Source: an uncultured Chloroflexia bacterium
Lineage (GTDB): Bacteria > Chloroflexota > Dehalococcoidia > DSTF01 > WHTK01
NCBI GenBank assembly: GCA_963732945.1
Contig: CAVTBL010000017.1
Span: 187,298 to 251,297, forward strand
Length of the DNA: 64,000 nt
Direction of reading: 5' to 3'
Under the pieces are notes generated by a model. The model was not told the DNA's origin. It made no database searches and saw only the letters and a program-made list of their open reading frames with translations. The number at the start of each line of letters is the position of its first letter. Position 1 is the stretch's first letter. The position numbers and the translations under genes are program-made. Positions 45,062 through 56,634 of the stretch are shown here, piece after piece.

Positions 45062-45202
45062 AACCCATCCTCTTTCAGTGGCCTACGAGGTTAGCTGACG
45101 GGTTAGGGCTGAAAGAGCCTGCCCTGTTCTCGTGTGAGAACTACACCCCGAAAAGTGGGTCCCCCGTTCTCCCTCAGCGGAAGGAGACTCGGCCTTAGGT
45201 AC
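45062..45202 (-). promoter_or_regulatory. ydaO-yuaA type c-di-AMP riboswitch aptamer
   Basis: Minus-strand blocks are in the canonical order: ACGGGGGACCCA (45156-45167), CGGGGUG (45144-45150), ACCCGUCAGCUAACCUCGUAGGC (45081-45103), GAAAGAGGAUGGG (45064-45076). These match the conserved cores of the B. subtilis ydaO and T. tengcongensis c-di-AMP riboswitches as I remember them. Confidence 0.8.
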
Positions 45203-45389
45203 AACCCTATGTTACGGACGCCGGCAAAGGCTGTCCAGTAGGGCTACATAACAAACACATTAAAAGCACCGGCACGTTTTCAGGTCGTTTCTGGAAACGA
45301 TTTGTGACTTTTCTAGACTCGATTTGACGGCACTAGAATTTGGCGGTCAGAATAGGCATGAATTTGAAAGCGTAGGCAGGATTCATGAG

Positions 45390-45743
45390 ATGAGAATTAG
45401 CAAGAACTGGAACCTGATGGCCACACACGGCGTTGTGCTGTTCTACATCGCCGCCAACCCCGACTCGACGATGCGGCAAATGGCCGAGTCGTTGAACCTG
45501 ACGGAGCGCCGCATCGCCCAGGTCGTGCGCGACCTCTCGGACGCGGGGCTGCTGTCGGTAACGCGCAACGGCCGCCGCAACGCCTACTCGGTGAACCCGG
45601 AGGCCAGCTTCCGCCACCCGACGCTGTCGCACATCACCCTGGGGCGCTTCGTCCAGGTGCTGAGCACCCTGCCGCTGGCAGTCGGCGCCCTCCTGATCGG
45701 GCTGAGCCGCTGCCTGGAGCCGGCGAGCCAGTTTCTGACCTAG
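45390..45743 (+). CDS. Winged helix-turn-helix (MarR/ArsR-like) transcriptional regulator with a C-terminal hydrophobic segment
   Basis: STMRQMAESLNLTERRIAQVVRDLSDAGLLSVTRNGRRNAY. The start codon is uncertain (45390 or 45417). Confidence 0.65.
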   Translation: MRISKNWNLMATHGVVLFYIAANPDSTMRQMAESLNLTERRIAQVVRDLSDAGLLSVTRNGRRNAYSVNPEASFRHPTLSHITLGRFVQVLSTLPLAVGALLIGLSRCLEPASQFLT

Positions 45744-45786
45744 GCCGTCCTCGCCTCGCGTTCTCAGCAGCGACACGCGCGCGCTG

Positions 45787-46782
45787 TTAGTGGCTCTCGC
45801 GCTGCGCCGCCTCTTCGTCCTGATGCAGCGATTCGGGGTGGTCCGGACTGCGCACCACAAGGCTGCTGAGTAGACGTAGCACCTTCTTGCCGAGCGGTTG
45901 GCTCGGCTGGTTCGAGGGCTGAGGCGCATCGAAGCGCCCGGCAACTACGTCCGGTATCTCAGAGACGACCTCGGCACCGAACAGCATGATGTTTGCGCTT
46001 ATGTAAACCCAGAACAGGAACGCGACTACGGCGCCGAGCGAGCCGAAGACGACGTCGTAGCTGCTGAAGTTCTCGATGTAGACGTTGAAGCCGATCTTTA
46101 CGCCCTCGAACAACACCGCGGCCAGCAGCGCACCGGGCAGGGCGTAACGCGGCTTCACCCTGCGGGTCGGAATCAGCCAGTACAGCAGGAAGAACGCGAC
46201 GCTGGAAATCAAGATCGGCAGCACGATCGCGGCGACGGCCCAGCCAGCTCCCATGGCTCTCGCCATGTCGGACAGAACCGGCAGGCTCTCGCTCCTCGTT
46301 TGCGCATATCGCAGCGCACTGGTCGCTACGACGGAGCCGATGAAGAACGGCGCGAATGCCAGCACCAGCCCCAGGTCGATTAGCTTGCCCATGACCAGGG
46401 GACGGTTCGTCTGCCCATGAAACGCGTTGTTCAGGGCGCCACGTACGACGCCGAACATCGAGCTGCCGGACCACGCGAGGCCCAGCAAACCGATGACGCC
46501 AATGGCGCCGCTGCGTGTGTGCGCGACGTTTTGCAGGGCCTGGGTCACGTCGTTCCGGCCCTTGTCCTGGCTCAGCGGGATGTTGTTCATGATGTTGTCG
46601 ACCAGGTCGTTTTGCAGCTTCGTGTCTTTGAGCACGAGGCCCATGATGCCGACGGAAAAGATCACGAGCGGAAAGATCGAGAACAGCACGTAGTAGGAGA
46701 TCGCGGCAGCACGCTGGCCGCAACCGTCATCGAAGAACGCTTTTACACTGCGAAATGCAAGTATGCGCGAACGCCTGAGCAT
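45787..46782 (-). CDS. YihY/BrkB family membrane protein
   Basis: FFDDGCGQRAAAISYYVLFSIFP ... YGSLGAVVAFLFWVYISANIMLFGAE, hallmark YihY motifs. Confidence 0.8.
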   Translation of the reverse strand: MLRRSRILAFRSVKAFFDDGCGQRAAAISYYVLFSIFPLVIFSVGIMGLVLKDTKLQNDLVDNIMNNIPLSQDKGRNDVTQALQNVAHTRSGAIGVIGLLGLAWSGSSMFGVVRGALNNAFHGQTNRPLVMGKLIDLGLVLAFAPFFIGSVVATSALRYAQTRSESLPVLSDMARAMGAGWAVAAIVLPILISSVAFFLLYWLIPTRRVKPRYALPGALLAAVLFEGVKIGFNVYIENFSSYDVVFGSLGAVVAFLFWVYISANIMLFGAEVVSEIPDVVAGRFDAPQPSNQPSQPLGKKVLRLLSSLVVRSPDHPESLHQDEEAAQRESH

Positions 46783-46832
46783 GAACTCAGGCTAACACGC
46801 CCGTAAGACCGGCCTTCGAGTAGTGAACGACC

Positions 46833-47471
46833 TTACTTCACCGCCTCGACGCCGGTCATGATCAGCGAGATCGCCGTATCGTGGTCGACGTCGTCGGTAT
46901 TAATCGTCATGTCGTAGGTCTCAGAGCCGAGCCAGTCGAGGTTGTAGACGTGCTTGAAGAAGTCGATGCGCTGGCGGTCCCACTCTTTGACGCGCTGCAT
47001 CGCTACCTTCTCCTCGATGCTCTCGTCCTTCATGAGACGTTCGGTGCGGCGCTTCTGTGAGCCGTGCACGAGCACCTTGAAGACCTGGGGCGTCTGATCG
47101 AGGATGGCCTGCCCAGCGTGGCCGACGATAACGCAGCCGCCGTCCTGCGCCAGGCTGCGAATCACCTGCTCGATGAGCTGCCGGTAGTCCGACGAGCTCA
47201 TCATCATCAGAGCGGGGTTGGCCGGCGGCGTCGGCAGGCCGCCTTCGGCCACGACGGTCGAAAGCGCCAGGCGCTCGAGCATGCGCTCCACGAAGCCGGG
47301 CCAGCGCTCGGCAGCAGCAACCGTCTCGGGCGAAACGCCGGCGAGCGACGCGGCCTGGGACACGACCTCGTTGTCCAGATAACGGTAGTGCAACTTGTCG
47401 GCCACGGCCTGCGCAATGGCAACGCCGTCTGAGCCGAGCTGGACCGCAAACGTCACGACTTTGGCTGCCAT
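46833..47471 (-). CDS. Cytidylate kinase-like family protein
   Basis: Internal ATG gives MAAKVVTFAVQLGSDGVAIAQAVADKLHYRYLD... with the family-typical C-terminus (YNLDWLGSETYDMTINT). Confidence 0.7.
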   Translation of the reverse strand: MAAKVVTFAVQLGSDGVAIAQAVADKLHYRYLDNEVVSQAASLAGVSPETVAAAERWPGFVERMLERLALSTVVAEGGLPTPPANPALMMMSSSDYRQLIEQVIRSLAQDGGCVIVGHAGQAILDQTPQVFKVLVHGSQKRRTERLMKDESIEEKVAMQRVKEWDRQRIDFFKHVYNLDWLGSETYDMTINTDDVDHDTAISLIMTGVEAVK

Positions 47472-47609
47472 GTCTCTGCCTCCTGCGCACCTCGCGATTG
47501 TGCGAGTGTGCAGCTTCTTATAGTCGATTGGCATCGATCTCGCAATGACTTTGCGAGCTCTTATACCAGCTCGGAACCCGGCCGCCTCAGACGCCTGATC
47601 TCCGGCCGC

Positions 47610-49754
<2,145 letters not shown>

Positions 49755-49903
49755 TGTAAGGTGAGTAATCCTACGCGCCAGCGATCGGGGCGCGCTCTCG
49801 TATCTCGCGACACCTTGCACCACGTTCTCCATCAAATCGCAGAGCAATTGGCACGCAGGAATGGCCAAATTACCTGTCCATAACGACAGTTCGGCGCTTT
49901 AGA

Positions 49904-51307
49904 ATGACTAATGTGAACGGATACTCCCGTATCGTGCTTGTTTCCAACCGCCTTCCCGTGACCCTGCACATGCAGGGTCACGAGATGAAGCTCGAGCAGT
50001 CCGGCGGCGGTCTCGCGACCGGTCTGCGCAGCGGACGCTGGCGCGAGGGCAGCATCTGGATCGGCTGGCCCGGCGAGTCGCCGCCCGAGAACATGCGCCC
50101 CGAGCTGGAGCGTCAGCTGGCGGAGCTCGGCACGCAGGCCGTTTACCTGACGCGCGCCGAGCAAAAGGGCTTCTACGAGGACTTCTCCAACGGCGTGATC
50201 TGGCCCGTGTTCCACGATCTCATCGATCAGCTGCCGCTGCTGCTCGAGGGCTGGTCGGCCTACCAGCATGTCAACGAGAAGTTCGCGCGGGCGATTGCCG
50301 ACGCATATCAGCCCGGCGACCTGATCTGGATCCACGATTACCACCTCATGCTCGTGCCGGCGATGGTCAAGGCGCTGGTGCCCAAGGCGCGCATCGGCTT
50401 CTTCCTGCACATCCCATTTCCGGCGCACGAGGTGTTTCGCGTCATACCGGAGCGACGCGAGCTCATGGAAGGCGTCCTCGGCGCCGATCTCATCGGTTTC
50501 CACACGCAGACCTTCGCCGATAACTTCGCAGCCTCGGCCGCCAACGTGCTCGGTCTTCGACCCAGCGGCTCCACCCTGAAGGTCGAGCGCCGCAACGTAC
50601 ACATGGGCGTCTTCCCCATGGGCGTCGACGCGAGCGCGTGGGAAGCGCGCAGCCGCACGACCAAAGTCGCGAAGCAGGTCCTGTCGCTGATCCAGGACGC
50701 GGGGCGGCGCAAGATCCTCGTCGGCATCGACCGTCTCGATTACACGAAAGGCCTGCTGCGCCGCACCGCCGCGATCGAGCGTCTGTTGCACGAGGACCCG
50801 GCGCTGGCCGAACGCGTGCGCTTCATCCAGATCGTCTACCCGTCACGGGAGCGCATCGAGTCTTACGCCGGGCTGCGGCGTCAGCTGAACGAGGTCGTAG
50901 GGCGGCTCAACGCGAACTACGGCAGCGCCCGCTCTCTTCCCGTGCACCTGATCAACCGCTCGTTCTCCGAAGACGAGGTCTCGGCGCTGTACTCGGCCGC
51001 AGACATCATGCTCGTGACGCCGATTCGCGACGGCATGAACCTCGTCGCGAAGGAGTTCATCGCCTCGCGTCTGCACGGCGATGGCGTCCTCGTGCTCAGT
51101 GAGTTCGCCGGCGCCGCCGACGAGCTCACGGAAGCGCTGCTGGTCAACCCGTACGACACCGAAGGCACGGCCGCGACCATCCGCCGCGCCATCGAGATGC
51201 CGCCGGAGGAGCAGCGCGAGCGCATGACCAGCCTGCGCGCCAAGGTCATGGCCAATGACGTGCACCAGTGGTCACAGAACTTCCTCGATGCGCTAAGCGC
51301 GTGCTAG
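49904..51307 (+). CDS. otsA: Alpha,alpha-trehalose-phosphate synthase (GT20)
   Basis: LVSNRLPV ... GGLATGL ... WIHDYHLMLVP ... TPIRDGMNLVAKEF. Canonical OtsA length. Confidence 0.85.
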   Translation: MTNVNGYSRIVLVSNRLPVTLHMQGHEMKLEQSGGGLATGLRSGRWREGSIWIGWPGESPPENMRPELERQLAELGTQAVYLTRAEQKGFYEDFSNGVIWPVFHDLIDQLPLLLEGWSAYQHVNEKFARAIADAYQPGDLIWIHDYHLMLVPAMVKALVPKARIGFFLHIPFPAHEVFRVIPERRELMEGVLGADLIGFHTQTFADNFAASAANVLGLRPSGSTLKVERRNVHMGVFPMGVDASAWEARSRTTKVAKQVLSLIQDAGRRKILVGIDRLDYTKGLLRRTAAIERLLHEDPALAERVRFIQIVYPSRERIESYAGLRRQLNEVVGRLNANYGSARSLPVHLINRSFSEDEVSALYSAADIMLVTPIRDGMNLVAKEFIASRLHGDGVLVLSEFAGAADELTEALLVNPYDTEGTAATIRRAIEMPPEEQRERMTSLRAKVMANDVHQWSQNFLDALSAC

Positions 51308-51392
51308 AGACGCCTGCAACATTTACGAAATCGCCTCTGACGTTGGCATGACATGTATATCGATACCATGGTTGCCGAAGGGAGGTAGTCTC

Positions 51393-51617
51393 ATGGACTT
51401 CCCAACCGCGGTCGCGCTGTCCGAAGCGATGGCGCGCATTTACCCCGCACTCATCGTCGCAGGCTTTCGCCGAACCTCTCTCGAGCACCCGGTCGATTCG
51501 TGGGCGCTCGACATCGTCGATCCAGAGACAGGACGCATGGTCACGCTGGACGAGAAGGACGACTGGCAGAGACGCCTCGATCAGCAGTTCCCGAACCTCG
51601 CCGCCAGGCGTCAGTAG
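51393..51617 (+). CDS. Hypothetical small protein (74 aa)
   Basis: ATG preceded by GGGAGG at 8 nt. No recognisable domain. Confidence 0.5.
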   Translation: MDFPTAVALSEAMARIYPALIVAGFRRTSLEHPVDSWALDIVDPETGRMVTLDEKDDWQRRLDQQFPNLAARRQ

Positions 51618-52930
51618 GTCGCGACCGGCCGTTCCGTCCTGCGTGCTCCGCGCAGCCAGATCGTCAGCGCCACGCCGACCAACGACGCACCGATTATCAG
51701 CAGCACGACTCGTACCGGCAGCGCGTCCAGCAGCACGCCGGTGAGAAACGTCGGCGCTAACGCTGCCACGCTGCCCAGCGCCGACTGCGTCGAAAAGACC
51801 TGCGCGATCACGGACGGCGGCGAGCGCCGGTAGACCTCAGTGCGCGCCGCCACCTGTACGAAGCTCGACCCGAGGCCGGCGATTGGCAGCAGGAGCATCG
51901 TTGCGACCAGCGTGTCGGAGAGGTGCACGGCGCGCTGCAGATCGCCGAACGGGCCCAGCTGCTGCGTCAGTTGCGGTGCAAGCGAATCGACGAACGGCAG
52001 CGTCAGCAGGATGGCGACGAACAACACGAAGCCGGCCATCGCGAGGTGGCGCGGCGATATGAAGGTCAGAATGGGCGGCGCCAGCAGCAGCCCGAGCGCG
52101 AGTCCAACGGCGCCCGGGATCGCGATGTAGATCACGTTCTCGGCGCCGCTGTGCAGCGTCTTCTCGACGAACACCGGCGCCACGACCACGAACGCCAGCA
52201 TGCCCGTATCGAGCAGGATGCGCAGCAGCGTCACGGTGCGCATGCCGCGGTCGGCGGCGATCGTGCGAAAGCCGACCGGCAGCGAACGCCACGGAGACAG
52301 TCGCTGCGCCTCGCGCTCCTGCTCGGCCGTCAGGTCCGGCACCATCGCGTACAGAAGCCCGCTCAGCGCCAGCAGCACGAACACGATTACGTACAGCCCG
52401 TCCGAGCCCAGGTACTTCACAGCCACGGGAGCCACCATGCCCGCGCCGAGGAGCTGCGCCACCAATGACGTGGCCTGCAGGATCGACGACGCCTGCGCCA
52501 GCCGCTCCCGCGCCACGATCGCGAGCACGGCGGCGTTTTCGGCGGGCGAGAAGAACTGGTACACGGTCCAGACCAGGAAGGTCAGGCCGATTACGGTGCC
52601 AACGCTGCTGTCGTTCTGGAAGAACAGGAACACGATCAGCAGCCGCACCACCATGGTCGAGAGCAGCGCGAACTTGTTCGGCGTCAGGTCGGAGAAGAGC
52701 CCGCCGGGCAGGCTCAGCACGATAGACGGCACCACCGACGCCAGCACGAAGGCGCTCGTGGCCAGCGACGAGTGCTGCTTGCTGATCACGGCGATGAACA
52801 GCCCGTAGACCAGCGCGTTCTGGCCGATCAGCGACAGCAGCTTGGCGTAGCCGTAGCGCACGAAGCGCTTGTCGCCCAGCAGGCCGATCGACTGAGGCGC
52901 CGCTTCCGCGTCTGGTGGGTACTCGTTCAC
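51611..52930 (-). CDS. MFS transporter
   Basis: About 12 TM with an MFS-type loop motif (GGLFSDL). Confidence 0.8.
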   Translation of the reverse strand: MNEYPPDAEAAPQSIGLLGDKRFVRYGYAKLLSLIGQNALVYGLFIAVISKQHSSLATSAFVLASVVPSIVLSLPGGLFSDLTPNKFALLSTMVVRLLIVFLFFQNDSSVGTVIGLTFLVWTVYQFFSPAENAAVLAIVARERLAQASSILQATSLVAQLLGAGMVAPVAVKYLGSDGLYVIVFVLLALSGLLYAMVPDLTAEQEREAQRLSPWRSLPVGFRTIAADRGMRTVTLLRILLDTGMLAFVVVAPVFVEKTLHSGAENVIYIAIPGAVGLALGLLLAPPILTFISPRHLAMAGFVLFVAILLTLPFVDSLAPQLTQQLGPFGDLQRAVHLSDTLVATMLLLPIAGLGSSFVQVAARTEVYRRSPPSVIAQVFSTQSALGSVAALAPTFLTGVLLDALPVRVVLLIIGASLVGVALTIWLRGARRTERPVATY

Positions 52931-53041
52931 ACGCGCAGATTACGACGACCGGGTGCGTGGCGGCTCCACGCGCGCCACGTCACGTCGTCACAGCTTCAGG
53001 ATTCATCCCGCGGCTCCCGTCAGACCAACGTGTGTGGGGTT

Positions 53042-53635
53042 CTAATTAACCGAGTCGAGGATCTTGAGCAGGGTCGGTCGATCGAGGCCGGTCGCGGTTG
53101 CCTGGAAGAACAGCGGCCCATCGGTCCACCACACGGTCTGCGTGCCCGGCGTCTCGATGATCTTGCCGTCCTTACCGTCGACGATGAGCGGCATCGGCGA
53201 GCCGCCGGCCGGCGCATCGATCGGGAACGGCGAGACCTCGAACGTGAGCTTCGACGAGCTATCGGCGTAGGTCAGCGTCACAATCGCATCGACGTTGCCC
53301 TCGACCACGTCGCCCAGGTTGCCGTCGCGCTCGGCACTGATTGTGTCGGGCTGGAGGCCTTGCAGGTCGCGCGGGTACTGAATGCTGTGGCAGATGAAGC
53401 TCTCGGCGCCGCCGATCGTGTCGAAGGTCCTGGTCAGGGGCTGGATGATGCCGGCCGAATCGGTCGGATTCAACGACGCATCGCCGGAGTCGCACAGCAG
53501 ATTCGGCGTCTTGGTCAGGAAATACGCCGCGACCGCGATCACCGTGATCAGGACGACGCTGCCGAAGATCCCGAGTATGACGATCGGGCCGCGGATGCCC
53601 TGATGTTCTGGCGAGCCGTCGGTTTGCTGTACCAC
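53042..53635 (-). CDS. Hypothetical membrane-anchored extracytoplasmic protein
   Basis: Single N-terminal TM (IVILGIFGSVVLITVIAVAAYF) followed by a soluble domain of about 150 aa. Confidence 0.6.
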   Translation of the reverse strand: MVQQTDGSPEHQGIRGPIVILGIFGSVVLITVIAVAAYFLTKTPNLLCDSGDASLNPTDSAGIIQPLTRTFDTIGGAESFICHSIQYPRDLQGLQPDTISAERDGNLGDVVEGNVDAIVTLTYADSSSKLTFEVSPFPIDAPAGGSPMPLIVDGKDGKIIETPGTQTVWWTDGPLFFQATATGLDRPTLLKILDSVN

Positions 53636-53686
53636 TCACGATCAAGGTATGCGCATCGCCGCTGTGGGACAAACAGGGGTCGGTGC

Positions 53687-55801
53687 CTACAAGTAATCCT
53701 TGACCTTCGACGCCAGCGACTGCGTGAACCCGACCGTCGTCGCGATGTCTTCGACCGACGCCTCGCGGATGCCGCGCAGCGAGCCGAACTTGCGCAGCAG
53801 CGCCCGCTTGCGCTTCGGGCCGATGCCCGGGACCGAGTCGAGCGCCGACTCCATACCCGTCTTGGCGCGCACCTTGCGGTGGTAGGTGATCGCGAAACGA
53901 TGCGCCTCGTCGCGGATGCGCTGCACCAGGTACAACGCCTGCGACGTCCTCGGCAGCACGATGGGGTCCGACTGGTCCTGCACGAACAGCTCTTCGTTCT
54001 GCTTCGCGAGGCCCGCCAGCGGCACGTGCATCAGCCCCAGGTTGCGCATGATGTCCAGCGCCGCCGAGAGCTGACCCTTGCCCCCGTCCACGATCACGAG
54101 ATCAGGCAGCGCGCCCCAACCCAGTAACGACTCATCGTCGACATCGTCGTTGTCGGCAGCTTCATGAAGGGACGAAGCTTTGGGTCCGTCCGATGTCCCC
54201 TCGTCCCTGGAGGGGAGAGGGCGAAGGAGCGGGGTCGACGCCACGTCATCGTTAGACGATCCGATCGCTTCGGACGAACCGCCGGCTCGCCCTTCGAGTG
54301 CCTCAGGACGAGCGGTCGGTTCGCCCGGAACCTCCGGCCGCCACCCTTCGGCGAGAGCGATAACGGGCTCGTCCTGTCCGGCGGCAGCGCCTGCCGGCAC
54401 GCTGGTGCCCTCCCAGCGCTTGAAACGGCGGCCCAGGATCTCGGCCATGGAGGCGAAGTCGTTGGCGCCGACCACGGTCTTGATGCGGAAGCGGCGGTAC
54501 TCCTGCGGCCGCGGCTTGCCGTCGATGAACACGACCATGCTCGCGACCGGGCTCGTGCCCTGGATGTTCGAGTTGTCGTAGCACTCGATGCGCCGCGGGT
54601 AGGACGGCAGGTCGAGCTCCTCCTGCAGCTGCGACAGCGCCTCGTCGCGCTTCTCGGAGTCGGCCAGCCAGCGCGCGCTGAGCATGTCGAGCGACTCCTT
54701 CGCGTTTTCGGTCGCGAGCTCGGTCATGCGGCGTCGCACGCCACGTTGCGCCACTGCCACATCGACCTTCGAGCCGCGCCGCTCGGTCAGCCACTCGGCA
54801 ATCAGACCCGACTCCGGGACAGGGAACGGCACCACGACGTGCTTCGGGACGTAGACCGCGCTCTCGTAGAACTGCTTGAGGAAGCTGCCCAGCACGTCGC
54901 CATCGGCCTCGCCCTGCACGCCGTCCAGCGTGAAGAAGTCGCGTCCTACCATCTGCGTGCCGCGGATGAAGAACACCTGCACGCAGGCCTCCGACGTCCC
55001 GTCCGTGCGCCCAAGGCCGAATACGTCCTCGTCCGTCGGGCGGATGCGCTCGACGAACTGCTTCTCCGCTACGCTCTCGACCGCCCTGGTCTGGTCCCGG
55101 AACAGCGCCGCACGCTCGAACTGCAGCACCTCGGACGCCTCGTTCATCTGCGAGCGCAGCGACTTCAGCACCTCGCTGGTCTTGCCTTCGAGGAACAGGA
55201 TCGTCTGGCGAATAACCTCGTCGTACTCCTGCTTGGTGCAGTACGCGGTGCAGGGCGCGATGCAGCGATGGATGAAGTAATCGAGACAGGGTCGCGGGTC
55301 CGTGCCGGTGATCGTCTTGGTGCACGAGCGCCACGGGAACAGCTTCTTGACGATGCTCAGCGTCGTGCGCACCGACGAGGCCGAGGCGTAGGGCCCGAAG
55401 TAGCGCGCGCCGTCGTTGTGTACGCGTCGCGCAATCTCGACGCGGGGCCACTCGTTCTGCACGTCGATGCGCAGGTAGGGGTAGTGCTTGTCGTCCTTGA
55501 GGCGGACGTTGAAGAAGGGCTGGTGGCGCTTGACCAGGGTTGCTTCCAGGTGCAGCGCCTCGGCCGCGTTGGCCGTGACGATGTACTCGAAGTCCTCGAT
55601 TTGCTCGACCAGCGCGCGCGTCTTGAGCTCGAGCGAGTGCGGCGCCCCGAAGTAGTTGCGCACTCGATTACGCAACGACGCCGCCTTGCCGACGTAGATC
55701 ACGTCGCCCTTGCCGTTGCGCATGATGTAGACGCCGGGGCGGGTCGGCAGCGCCGCCAGCCGGGACGCGAAGCGGGTGCGCCGTGAGTTATCAGAGGTCA
55801 T
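53687..55801 (-). CDS. uvrC: Excinuclease ABC subunit C, with a ~95-aa low-complexity insertion
   Basis: GIY-YIG (PGVYIMRNGKGDVIYVGKA), UVR domain, endonuclease V-like domain (DLVIVDGGKGQL) and C-terminal (HhH)2. 704 aa versus about 600 for typical UvrC. Confidence 0.9.
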   Translation of the reverse strand: MTSDNSRRTRFASRLAALPTRPGVYIMRNGKGDVIYVGKAASLRNRVRNYFGAPHSLELKTRALVEQIEDFEYIVTANAAEALHLEATLVKRHQPFFNVRLKDDKHYPYLRIDVQNEWPRVEIARRVHNDGARYFGPYASASSVRTTLSIVKKLFPWRSCTKTITGTDPRPCLDYFIHRCIAPCTAYCTKQEYDEVIRQTILFLEGKTSEVLKSLRSQMNEASEVLQFERAALFRDQTRAVESVAEKQFVERIRPTDEDVFGLGRTDGTSEACVQVFFIRGTQMVGRDFFTLDGVQGEADGDVLGSFLKQFYESAVYVPKHVVVPFPVPESGLIAEWLTERRGSKVDVAVAQRGVRRRMTELATENAKESLDMLSARWLADSEKRDEALSQLQEELDLPSYPRRIECYDNSNIQGTSPVASMVVFIDGKPRPQEYRRFRIKTVVGANDFASMAEILGRRFKRWEGTSVPAGAAAGQDEPVIALAEGWRPEVPGEPTARPEALEGRAGGSSEAIGSSNDDVASTPLLRPLPSRDEGTSDGPKASSLHEAADNDDVDDESLLGWGALPDLVIVDGGKGQLSAALDIMRNLGLMHVPLAGLAKQNEELFVQDQSDPIVLPRTSQALYLVQRIRDEAHRFAITYHRKVRAKTGMESALDSVPGIGPKRKRALLRKFGSLRGIREASVEDIATTVGFTQSLASKVKDYL
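54196..54235. repeat. Copy of the CCCCTCG..GGGGAGAGGG palindromic repeat inside the uvrC coding sequence
   Basis: tcccctcgtccctggaggggagagggcgaaggagcggggtc. More than 80 percent similar by eye to the intergenic copy at 9262-9301. Read in frame as ...TPLLRPLPSRDEGTSD... Confidence 0.5.
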
Positions 55802-55896
55802 CGTGTCTCTATTCTAGGTCTGGCGAAAAGGATTCGCCGCCCGGCTACTTGTCGTTTTACACTGTGACCACATAAGAGACTACATGGAGCTTGAGA

Positions 55897-56154
55897 ATGT
55901 CTGAAATCGGAGTACGCGAGTTGAAGATTCACGCCGGCGAAATCCTGCGCCGGGTGCGGTTAGACAAGGAATCGTTTCAAATCTCATACCGGGGACGAGT
56001 CATAGCACGCATCGTCCCGGTGCCCGACCGCAAGGCCCGAGCAACAGAATCTGCCGACACGTGGAAGCAGATGGATGAGTTGGCAGAAGAGATCGCGGCC
56101 GAATGGCCTGCGGGAGAAACAGCAGCGGACGCAGTCGCCGAACAAAGGCGTTAG
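55897..56154 (+). CDS. Phd/YefM family antitoxin
   Basis: MSEIGVRELKIHAGEILRRV ... ISYRGRVIARIVPV. Confidence 0.8.
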   Translation: MSEIGVRELKIHAGEILRRVRLDKESFQISYRGRVIARIVPVPDRKARATESADTWKQMDELAEEIAAEWPAGETAADAVAEQRR

Positions 56155-56157
56155 CAC

Positions 56158-56601
56158 ATGTTCGTCGTGGATGCGAGCGTCTGGGTTAGCCGGTTCGTCG
56201 CGTCTGATGTCTTTCACGCTTCGAGCCAGCTCTGTCTCGAAGGCATGCTAACCGCTCAAACAATCGTTGCGGCGCCTGCGCTGCTCCTGCCGGAGGTGTC
56301 AGCCGCTATCGCCCGGCGCACCGGCCGCCGCGACCTGGCTCTACGGGCGGTGTCTCTGCTCCAGCGCCTCCCGAACGCGCGCTTCACCATCATCGATGCC
56401 GAGTTGGCGCTGTCCGCGGCGGAGTTTGCGGCAGAACTGCGGCTCCGTGGAGCAGACGCGGTTTACGTGTCAATGGCTCACCGGCTCGGTGTGCCCCTCG
56501 TCACGTGGGACAGAGAGCAACGTGAGCGCGCCGCTACCCGCGTCGAAGCTCTGACGCCCGACGACTTACTCAGCAACACGGCACCCAGACTCGATGGCTG
56601 A
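56158..56601 (+). CDS. vapC: PIN-domain VapC toxin
   Basis: MFVVDASVWV ... LRGADAVYVSMA ... LVTWD acidic PIN residues. 3-nt gap from the antitoxin. Confidence 0.85.
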   Translation: MFVVDASVWVSRFVASDVFHASSQLCLEGMLTAQTIVAAPALLLPEVSAAIARRTGRRDLALRAVSLLQRLPNARFTIIDAELALSAAEFAAELRLRGADAVYVSMAHRLGVPLVTWDREQRERAATRVEALTPDDLLSNTAPRLDG

Positions 56602-56634
56602 CAAAATTTTGCTTTGCTCTAAGATGCTCTCGGG

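Noticed and set aside
49877-49909. TAGAAT -10 box as promoter for otsA at 49904
   Set aside because: The hexamer overlaps the annotated ATG itself and has no acceptable -35 at 16-19 nt. It cannot be supported from sequence alone.
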